The position numbers and the translations under genes were made by a program. From Octopus sinensis (taxonomy: Eukaryota), in NCBI RefSeq assembly GCF_006345805.1, contig NC_042999.1, positions 98,518,001-98,582,000 on the forward strand: a stretch of DNA of 64,000 bases. Reading direction: 5' to 3'. Every line of letters starts with the position of its first letter. Positions within the stretch are counted from its first letter, which is position 1. Positions 53,150-64,000 of this stretch are shown one piece after another. A model generated the notes under the pieces. It saw nothing but the letters and a program-made list of their open reading frames with translations, did no database searches and had not been told where the DNA came from.

Positions 53150-54244
53150 GACTTCTTTTGAAGAGGCACAAAATTTGGCATCGTGGTCAGCCCCCAAGGA
53201 AATTCATACTGGCATGGTTGTTACAGCAGATGACGCTCTAATTTTATTAACAGTGCAAAAGTGGGCAGCTGAATTTAGGAAGGGAAGGGAGAGTCTTGAA
53301 GATGATTCAAGGTTTGGACGGCCTGAAACTGCTACCACAGAGGTAAACTTTGATCGTGTTTACCACATGGTAATGGATGACAGGCGATTGATTATAAATC
53401 AGATAGTCAATACTGTTAACATATTCCGTGAAAGAATTGAGAATATTCTGCGCAATGAACTTGGTATGACGAATGTTTCTGCTCGCGTGATGCCACATCT
53501 GACACCTGATCAAAAACGCACCAGGCTGATTACATCACGGGAAATCTGATAGTGTTTGAGGTAGATTCAGGTTTCCTTGAACGTTTTCTAAGCCATGATG
53601 CGTGTTGAATTCCTCACTTTGAGCCAGAGACAAAGAGACAATCTACGCAGTAGAAACATCCTTCCTCACTTGCTTCAGAGAAGGCCAAGTTCGTTTTATC
53701 TGCAAGGAAGGTGATTGTCTCAGTTTTCTTTTTTGAGGATGCAAAAGGCATTGTGTTTATTCACTATCTTCAAAAGGGCCACAGCATCAACAGAGAGTTC
53801 TATGCCAACTTGCTGAAGCAATTACGAAAGGCTATCAAGACCAAACGACCACGGAAACTGATGAAAGGGGTCTTGTTTCATCAGCACAACGTTGCAGCAC
53901 ACAAGCCGTCGGCTTCAATGCCTGGTGTGTGTGACTGTGGCTTTAAACAGGTTGATCACCCTTCCTGTTCTCTTGACTTAGCCCGAATTAGCCATCAATC
54001 TGTTCCCCAAAATGAAAAACACTTGGCTGGGAACGATTATCGCAGTAATGATGACGTCATATCTGCTGTTGATGACTTTTTTTGAGCAACAGGATGAAAG
54101 TTTCGCACCAATGGGACCCAAGCGCTCAACACCAATGGAAGAAGTGTGTGGACCGCAAGATGAATTATGTTTATAATAAACCTCATTTGATCACATTCCA
54201 TGTGAGTATCTTGGTCAGCCTCTGAACTTTTCATTCATCATTCA
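53150..54244 (+). pseudogene. Mariner (D,D34D) transposase pseudogene, 5'-truncated
   Basis: ORF 53175..53549 contains KWAAEFRKGRESLEDDSRFGRP...SARVMPHLTPDQK. HFEPETKRQS lies between the ORFs. ORF 53711..54085 contains SVFF.DAKGIV...VLFHQHNVAAH...DHPSCSLDLA. The right TIR-like end is tcagcctctgaacttttca. Confidence 0.93.
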
Positions 54245-54385
54245 TAATCACGGAATAACCAATGAAAATATACGCGTTCGTTCGATGTGTTAAAAATAGC
54301 TGCCAAATCTCTCAAATCATATCATATAATTTAAAAAGAAATGGGAAAGGCAAAGTGAATAATGTCCTCCTATATATGTATGTGC

Positions 54386-54431
<46 letters not shown>

Positions 54432-57041
54432 AATAACCGGATGGTCACGGCTGGAAACCGCTTTGATAATAGGTCTGCTCAATCTACGATGATGTAAAGC
54501 CAACAGCATCAACAACAACCAATCAAGCCAGCACTGCTAAAACCACGGAGTTTTGTTTAGAAAGACGAGGCATATGATATGTGACATGATGAATTTTTTG
54601 AGAACATTAACAGTTTAAACGTTCTAAACGAGTCATTTGGGGAAAAATGACCAATGTAAACCAATCAAGAAAAATTACCAAATGTAGAGAAAGTTTACAT
54701 GAGATTATTTGTTAATTACGTTACTGTATTCTAAAGCTTCTTAGAATTACGATTTTATAACTGGTTCTTAATAATTTAACTTGTTCCACGATATTAGCAT
54801 CGCATTATTCAGTACATTAGTAGGAGTCCTAAAGTATGTGTGTGCGTATGCATACACACACATGATGACAATCTTGTAGAACCTGTTTTACCATTTATAT
54901 ATGCAGCGTTAAATAGTTCATTCTGGTATGGCATTACTTAGCAAATTTAGCATGGTATTGTGTTGCTAGTATTACTAATTATTTGATAGTTTGCATTGTA
55001 TTAAGACATGGTCATAAGAAAATATTTTATACGCCTGTTTAGAAAACTATATTACGTAACCATAGAACAAACATATATTTGAAAAGGTTTCTGAAACTAT
55101 CAACTAGCAGATTACCGATATTAATGTTATATTTGAACATGGTGTCTTTAGACATGCTGTATTTGGACAAGTGTATAACCTGCCCTTAAAACCATCATTT
55201 TATTTACTTAGCCCAGCTTTATAGATTAGTCATGTTTACTGTAAGTCGTTTCTCGCAACATAATGCTTGTCATATAAGGAAGCCCTCGCTAATCATGTAA
55301 ATTGAGAGAGCGATGAGGTGACAGAAGTGGTAAGGTGATGGACGAAATATTTTACAGAATCTGGTTACGTTTTCTTCGTGGATTCAAACACAGCTCAGAA
55401 GTTAACAAATTAGCTTCACAATCATAAAGATCTGCGTTTGATCCCATTAGGCGTTATAGTTGACGAAGCTATTGTCAAGGCATAGTCTCGGGTCAACCCA
55501 ATCCTTCTGAGGGAAATTAGTTAGAAGGAAATTGCTTTAGAACTTTTCTGAAAGATTGCACATGTAATTCAAAGGGTCTAGCCACGTCATAATTTGTTTC
55601 ATTCTGATTCGGCTGAGTAGACGTGTGCGGAATACTCAACCATTACGCGTTAATCTCACAAGAAAACAGTTCGCTTGATCTAATAACTGAATGCTCATCA
55701 CCGAAAATAATGGAGGAGCCAGCATCGTCATTGAAGTTGGAGTCATAATCTTCATCGTTGTCATCATTGAATCATCATGGTCGTGGTCATCATTATCATC
55801 ATCGTAATCATTAACGTCCTCATTATCATAGTAATCATCATCATCATCACTAGCAGCAGTAGCACTACTACCACCATTATCAACATTTCTTTACGCTCTA
55901 AATTGAACTCTTGTCGAGGTCAACTTAACTTTCCATGTTTACTTCTTTGATGATGTCTCGTGTAAAGCTTCTTTTGTGGTTCATGAAAAAGATTTCTTGC
56001 AGACTCATGTAAAGACTCTCTCATTTAATCGTATTGAGACTCATTTATTGAATCATTCAGACTCTACTGTTTAACTCATGTAGTAGTTTTCGTAAGTACT
56101 CATGTAGAGACTCTCTTATTGGCTCCTGTATAAACACCCTTGTTTGCCTGAGTAATGGATCTCTTGTTGTTTTGCGAGATTTGATTTTAAAACTCTATGC
56201 GGAAATTAAATATTTTGGTCATTTTTGAAATACACGCAAAATTTTTTTTATACTTAAAAATCAATGGTCTTTAAATGCTTTTAACGAGGACTGCTTTGCG
56301 CTGATTTATTGCCATGAAGAGAACGGGGTTAAATTTCCATCGATCAGGAGGCTGGTCTCCCACATCTAACTCTCAGATGATCAGGTGGCATTTAAACATA
56401 CTGGCAATCAGGTGAATTGAGACAGCTAAAATAAGAAAAAAAGTATTTTACCCAGAAACACAATGAAACACCTTCGATCGATTCGAACTCACAATTTAGG
56501 TAATCCATTTGGTTCATCTCTGCTGATAGAAGATTTTTTCCATCAAAATGTAAAAATCCTGAATGCTAAGATTCTATTTAAGGGTGCATTACCGCTACAT
56601 TTAGAAACCTGTGGATCACTGGAGAACTACTGAAAACTCCGTTTTCAATCATTTTAGTCACATAAACACTGAAAGCCCCACCACTTGAATACTATCTTAT
56701 CTGAGATACGTTACACGAGGAAATATTTATACCTTATGAATCGACTCAAAGTGATCATGAAAAAAAATTAAGATACTCCTCAAACCAAGGGGTTCCAAAG
56801 CAAAGAATTATTATGATATCTCGTAGCCCATTTCGACATTCCTAGGTCGCTAAAATAGGTTCTAGCAAGGAGATAGAAACGATTCAATTTACATTTTCAA
56901 AAAATAAAGCCTTTCACCATGATTAAACAGGTTTACACAAAGATGTGTATTTTTAAATAAAACAACCTAAGAAAAAAACTTTTGTGAAAGAGAACCATGA
57001 ATAGTAGGACATTCAATATAACTAATAAATTATATTTGCAT

Positions 57042-57074
57042 TCTCCGATAAAGACCCCTGCCCAAAACGTCAGA
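57042..57074 (+). other. Decayed hammerhead-like motif
   Basis: tct-CCGATAA-a-gacccctgccc-AAAA-cgt-C-aga. Stem I and ACGTC are retained, but the core is mutated. Confidence 0.4.
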
Positions 57075-57989
57075 CTTTTCCTCTTCCCCAAGGCAAAATA
57101 TCACCCCTCATTTTGCCGATTGTCTGTATTTAGTATTTACCGACACTGACTGACATCATTATATAATCCCACATATAACAGGAGCGGATCCATAATTAAA
57201 CGTACATGGGAAGCGCAATTTAGGGACGTCGTAAAACTCATTAAAATTGAGATAGTTATTCATATGCACTATAAAAACAAACATTTTTAAAGAATTGTCT
57301 TTATCTCTAGCTGAACCTGCCGCAGTATAGGGAAATTAAAAACTATGATTAACTGACAATAAACGTGCAATTAATAAATAAAAGCACATTTGTTCTGAGC
57401 TGAGGTGTTTCAAATCAAAAACCAACCAGCAAGGGGCTAATTCCACGTCAGCCTTATTGCAGACCAACACTTGTTAGTATTCTACTGCCGCACTTACTGA
57501 TTTACAATTGGTTTGCTATTTTCACTTCAGTCAAGGCTGAGGTTAAAATCATTGTTCTCTTTTTAATTTGTTAACTAAATGATCGGATATTGCCATGTCA
57601 TTAAACACATTTATCATACGAAATGTGTGGGAAGAGTTAGCATATTGTAGCCCAATGTAAAATGTGAAAGTTGACACGGAGAAGCATCATATGATCATGC
57701 TAAAAGATGATGATGATAACGACGACGACGATGATAATGATCATGATGATGATTACAGACGATACAAATTGGGATTAAGGAATAATAATGGCTTGTAACA
57801 TGAGCGAAAAAACAACGCATTTCTATTGGGAGTGGAGGGAAATATTAGTATTAAATTGACATTTCTTAAATAGCATATATTTTGTCAAGGCCAGGATCTA
57901 AAAGTAAGGTATTTTATCGAATGTTCAGTAAGGTCTACCACAAGCCATGATGATAATTTCCTGATGTTTGTTCTCGCAAAAACATTTTA

Positions 57990-58470
57990 AGATAAGATAA
58001 CTTCATTAAATCGACACCAGTACTTGACTAGTACTCGAAAGGGTGAACGGCAAAGATGACCTCGGTGAATTTTGAACTCAGAAAAAATCGCTTGAGAAAA
58101 TTTTGTCAGATTCTCTAACAATTCCGTTTATCCAGTGCCTTAATATAATTTCTTATTTAGGTACAAATCCAGTAACTTTGAGGGTTCAGTCAATAAAATC
58201 GATCCCAATACAAATGGAAAATTTATTTTACCGACCCAGAAGAATAAGATTTTAGCTCAGAACAAAATCAGAAGAATACTCGTAATCTAACAGTTCCGCT
58301 TATTAACTGACCTACAGATCTAGTGGAACAGTCGATCAGATCAGTCGATCAGAACAGTCGCTTTACTAATATATTTTATTGACCTCTGTAGAAGAAATCT
58401 TAAAGTCAACCTTCACTATATTTGAACTTAATACCACCAGACCTTTTGTCTGGTTTTACACCGATTCTAA
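57990..58470 (-). mobile_element. Cluster of about three decayed SINE family A copies
   Basis: cagtacttgactagtactcgaaagggtgaacggcaaagatgacctcggtgaattttgaactcaga and similar stretches follow. Confidence 0.55.
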
Positions 58471-59604
58471 CATTTGCTACACTACAATACTGTATATTTA
58501 TCATGTGTCTAAAGATGGATGAATCAAAATGAAAACTAAAGTAACAGTCTTTTTTTTTTTTTTAGTTAATCATTGAGTACAATTCAACCACTGTGAGTTG
58601 TCTGTAATTTACAATATATCTTCATGTTTGCCTGCCTGTATGTCTGTCTGTTCTTTCCGTTTGCTCACTGAATCTATGAACGCATAAACTGTACCGTATA
58701 TTTTTCATATTTTTTCTTCTTCCGTTTGTTAATTTAAATATAAATGTATGTATATATGCATGTATGTATGTACGTATGTATGTATGTACGTATGTATGTA
58801 TGTATGTATGTATGTATGTATGTATGTATGTATGTCCCTCCCTCCCTATTTCTTTCTCATACATACATACATGCATACATGTCTAAGCGCTGTATGTATA
58901 TGTGTGTGTATATGTATGTATTCAGTTAGACCTGTGAAACGAATGGAGTTCTCTATAGGGACGTTCGCTCTCACAATAAAGTATTTTACAAAATTTTGCA
59001 GTCTTAATTTGAACTATTGTTTTCCCAGACCTCCAGTGGGAATATTGTATCACACACACACACACACACACACACACACCACACACACACACACGCACAC
59101 AAACAGATGCATCTGTGTATGTACGTGAGTGTGCGTGCTTTGGATCTTTTTAATTTGTTTTATAGTCGGAATTAAGTTTAAATACTATTAGGTTTGATTT
59201 AGCCCTGTAGGTCTTTAACATCCTCTGTAGATTGTTAACATAGGAAAACTTATTTACCGGCAGTAAATGATTTTGAGGGCATTTGAGTCATACATACATA
59301 CATACATTCATACATACATACATACATACATACATACATACATACATACGTGTATGCGTCTGAGAGTGTACGGGCGTGTGTATGTGCGTGCGTTGTACTG
59401 TTGTTTTAAAAAAAAATAGATAAAAAGATAACTACAATAATTTCCTTACCATTTTGCCTATGCTAATTTGAAGAGAACCAAAAAATAATCAATACTCTAA
59501 GACATTCTTACATAAATCATTCACTGTCTAGCTACACCGAATGTGTTTTTCAATGCATTGTATTAATATCATGTTCTGATGAATAGGTACAATATTGGTA
59601 AAAT

Positions 59605-59714
<110 letters not shown>

Positions 59715-60532
59715 CAACCTATCCATCTGTCTCTCTATGTAATTGTCGAATAATTGTCCTTATCGGTCCCTAGTTTGATAAAAATTAGTACCTATCAAAT
59801 AATATAATTGATATACACACTGTCTTTCATACCACCCACGTTATTTACCTCACGAAAAAACATCAGTGTAGCATTATGGATAACATTTATCTCAAAACAT
59901 GCTAGTGTGTTTGTCGGGTTATTTTTAGCTCCAAATCAGTCCTAATTGACCAGATCTATGAGTTGAGACATTCCAGACGTGATCATTCTGCAGTTTTATA
60001 TACTTATAACCCAGTCTTCACTATCCATCGTCACCTTTTTCTTTTTTTAATGTGGTTGGGTGTGATTTGAAGCATTTTGGTTGCTATATGGAGCGTGTCA
60101 AGCGATCACGTACAGGCACTTTTGTTGGCAAGAATATTCTCTGGAATTTTTCTTGGCAAGACATATTCTTAGACTACCTACTAGATGTAGCAGTCATATT
60201 CCCCTGAAATCACGTTCTACAAAATGACATGTTAAATAAAGTAATCCTAAATACGTTATGCCATAAAAAATAAGGACAGGCTGCTCAAATGTTTTCCTCT
60301 TTTAAAGATAGTGGGTTGTGGTCAATGAGCGATTTAGATGGGTAGATGAAAAACTCTTCGAGCTCGAGAAAAATTTCGCTTGGATGCAAATATAAAATTT
60401 CACACTGGTGAAATCTAGAGAGGGTAATTGGTTAAAGCTACTATAGCCCGCCTAACAAATAATCTTAGTTTATCATGGGGTATGTTATTTTTTTCTTTTG
60501 CTAGCGACCATAATTATATAACGGTAAATATA

Positions 60533-60763
60533 TATTTCTTTACTACCCACAAGGGGCTAAACACAGAGGAGACAAACAAGGACAGACAAACGGATTAAGT
60601 CGATTACATCGACCCCAGTGCGCAACTGGTACTTAATTTATCGACCCCGAAAGGATGAAAGGCAAAGTCGACCTCGGCGGAATTTGAACCCAGAACGTAA
60701 CGGCAGACGAAATACGGCTACGCATTTCGCCCGGCGTGCTAACGTTTCTGCCAGCTCACCGCC
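60533..60763 (-). mobile_element. Young SINE family A monomer with a perfect 18-bp TSD
   Basis: tatataacggtaaatata occurs at 60515-60532 and 60764-60781. Confidence 0.96.
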
Positions 60764-61109
60764 TATATAACGGTAAATATAGTGTTAGTAGCGTGGGAGA
60801 GGACAGTTTCAATGACTGAGTTTGAGTAAATGTTAACAGAACAGTTATAAGGAAATAGTTTGGTTTGTGACATTTTCTTTATATAGGCATGTCAATACAG
60901 AGGTGCGATTTGATTCCGAGTTGTTGGACAGGTTCGATGTGACATACTACACGTACGAATATGTGTTTATTCTTCAGCCAGCAAGTGATGCTTTTTTTTT
61001 TGTTTGTTTTTTTTCAGAACAGAGGCAATATATGAAAGATAGGATATTGTCAACATGAAAAAATATTGTTCGCTTTTTTTGTTTTTATTTTTGTTTTTGT
61101 TGTTACTGT

Positions 61110-62600
61110 ACAGACTATGGATCTTTATCATCTGAGTTCAAATCACACTGACGTTAATTTTGCTTCTTATTTTTGGGGGTTTATAAAATAAATACCAGAA
61201 AATACGAGAGTTAAGTTATTTCCATCGACTGTTTCCTCCTCTCATCAATTTCTGATCCCGTGCCTGCTTTAGATAAAAAAAAAAAAAATCATCATTATTG
61301 GAGGTGGCAGATGGTTAGAGCGTCGAGAAAATGCTTTGCGGTATTTCTCTCGAGTTCAAATTCCGCCTGGGTGGATTTTGGTTTTCGTCATTTCGGGATC
61401 GATGAAATAAGTACCATTTAAGCCACTGGAGTCGATGTAATCGACTATGTATCTCTCCGCAAAATTTCAGGCCTTGTGTCTATAGTAGAAAAATTATTAT
61501 TTGTGTTATTATTATTATTATTATGATAAGGCGGCGGCATTTCGTTCGTCTTTACGTTCTGAGTTCAAATTCTGCAAAGTTTGACTTTGCCTTTCATCCT
61601 TTCATGGTCGTTAAGTTAAGTACCGGTGAAACACCTGGGTCGATGTACCAAATTTCAGGCCTTGTGCCTTTAGTAGAAAGGATTATTATCGATAAAGCGG
61701 CAAGGTGGAAGAATCGTTAGCATGCCGGGCAAAATGTTTAGCAGTATCTCACTCATCGCTATGTTCTGTGTTCAAATTCCGCCGAGGTCGATTTTGCCTT
61801 TCATCCTTTCTGAATCAAACTTGCTGGCCTTGTGCCAAAATTTGAAACCATTATTATTATTATTATTATTATTAATATTATTATTATCATTATTATTATT
61901 AATAATAATAAGGCGGCGAGCTGGCAGAATCGTTAGCACACCGGGCGAAATGCTTAGCGGTGTTTCGTCTGTCTTCACATTTTGAGTTCATTGACTTGCC
62001 CCCTTCCCACAAATTTCAGGCTTTGTGCCTATAGTAGAAAAGATTATTATTATTATTATCATCATCATCATCATTGATGTTGTTGTTGTGGTGGTGGTGG
62101 ATTGGTAGTATCGTTAGAACGTCGGAAAAAAAATACATTACGGTATTTGTTCCAGTTCTTTACATTCTGTGTTCAAATCGCACTCAAATCAACTTGCTTC
62201 CCATCTTTTTTTTTTTTCGTGGAGTCGATAGAAATAAAGGCCCATTCAAAGTACTGGGGTCGATGAAATCGATTAATTCTGCCCCTCAGAATAGCTTGTC
62301 TTGTGTGCCTCATTCAGAAACCATTGTTATTATAAATAATAATGTTGCTGTTTTGGGGTTTTATTACACAGGCAGTAGAAAGAATAGTTAGAGCGAAGAC
62401 AAAATGTCTTGAAATATTTAGTGATATTCCTTTACATTCTGGGTATATATCCCACCGGAGTCAACCATCTTTTATCTTTTGGGGAATAACGAAAACAAAT
62501 AAATAAATAAACAAAGCGCTGGTCGTGTGCTAGGATCGATTTCACTGACTGTTTCTTCTCCATCTTCCCAACCATTCTAGTCTTGTTCCTATTTTAGAAG
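61110..62600 (+). mobile_element. Head-to-tail array of about seven SINE family A copies separated by (ATT)n
   Basis: Repeated heads (aaggcggc..) and cores (gagttcaaatt..gcctttcatcc) at ~61110, 61300, 61528, 61695, 61910, 62100 and 62370. Confidence 0.85.
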
Positions 62601-63256
62601 TAATAATGGTAATTATTATTAATATTCGACGTCTAATGAAAGAAAAATCGTGTCTATCAAACCACTTAAGCACACCAATAATTATCCTATTACGAGTGCC
62701 TATCTATGTAAGTGCGAGTGTGTGTGCCTGTATGCATACGTGCGTGCGTATGTGTGCGTGTGTGCGCGCGCACGCTTTTCATTCTGTGTTCAAGCTTGCA
62801 ATTTAACTGTATACTTTTGTTTGTACTTTTAAGTGTGCACTCCTTCATCGGCAACAAGCGATGCTATGCATACTGCGCGCCCTATGCCTGCTTCTGCGTG
62901 TGTGAGTGCGCGCGTGCTTAAAATATGTGGTGAGGAATAAGTCCCTCTTTGTGTGTCTGTGTGTCTGTTTGTCTTTCTCCTCTTCTCTTTCTCCCTTTCT
63001 TCTTCCCTCTCACTCTCACTCTCTCACTCTCCTTCTCTCTCTCCCTACTCATTCTTCATGCTATGTAAAATCGATACTTGACGGATTCGATTTATGATTC
63101 GATATTGCCCAAGGTCAGCAAGTAAACTAGAAAATTTGTTTTCGTTTACCTTTTGTTGCGCGTGCACATACTACACGCTCTCTCTCTCTCTCCCTACACA
63201 CACATATATATATATATACATACATACATACATACATACACATATATATAATACAA

Positions 63257-63309
<53 letters not shown>

Positions 63310-63944
63310 TGCGTGTGTACGTGTGTGTGTGTGTGTGTGTATATGTATGTATGAATATGAAGTGGGGCTTAATTGATTGATTCATATGAGTTTCTGTGTC
63401 ACTGATTAGAAGAAGCAACTTTAAGTCATGCATGATTTGGTTCGCTATCAGCCAATCTTCCTTCCCTTCTTCGCATTTCCTTCTTCCCTCCTTTCCCGAG
63501 TTCCTCACGTGAAGAAAGGTATTGTAGAAGGGTGAGTTAACCTACATGTTTCTTATCATACCTTACCTTACCGACAATGCAACTGTTGTTGCTGTTAGCT
63601 GCCTCCATAAATTCTTCAATCCATCTACTTCCGCATCTTGTGTTTTCGTTAGTATAATATTTAGTATTTTCATTCTTTTTTATGTTTTTTTTTGTATTAA
63701 TTTTAATAGCATATCTTTCCCCCCATCCACAGCTGATGAAATGTCAATCGATTTCTGTTGAAGAACTAAGACATCAGAACTAACATCGAAAAGATCTTCG
63801 AATATGTGCGTGAGTGTCTAGAGAGAAAGTGGTGATGGTGACAGTGGTGATAATAGTGGTGGATATGTTGAAGATTGGCAAGAAATGCTACGGTCTGTGT
63901 CTTTATTATGACTGACGTAGAATTTCTATGCAAGATATAAATGA

Positions 63945-64000
63945 AAAAATTGTTAGTGAGTTCGCAGAATCGTTAGCGCGTCCAAGAAAATGTTTAGCAG
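63945..64000 (+). mobile_element. SINE family A head, cut by the window end
   Basis: gtgagttcgcagaatcgttagcgcgtccaagaaaatgtttagcag. Confidence 0.6.

Overview
AT-rich, repeat-saturated eukaryotic DNA with no protein-coding gene I can support. The SINE families and the density of (TA)n, (CATA)n, (TCTA)n and (CA)n tracts look like a coleoid cephalopod (Octopus-like) genome; this is inference from recognising the repeats, not a database result. The window holds many copies of three tRNA-headed SINE families, which I label A, B and D. Several have exact target-site duplications (TSDs), and family A forms multimers. It also holds four MITEs, two decayed mariner lineages, an RTE-type reverse-transcriptase fragment, two probable Academ-like transposase relics and several Penelope-like (PLE) remnants. 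Nearly all listed ORFs are microsatellite or SINE read-throughs. Most notable: (i) at least eight dispersed minimal hammerhead-ribozyme-like motifs, including one with a canonical core and a 10-nt palindromic stem III, and a three-copy family with a CUG-U-N-GA core; (ii) a perfect 35-bp-arm hairpin; (iii) SINE multimers joined at one invariant nucleotide; (iv) nested insertions and local duplications. Coordinates of decayed elements are approximate.
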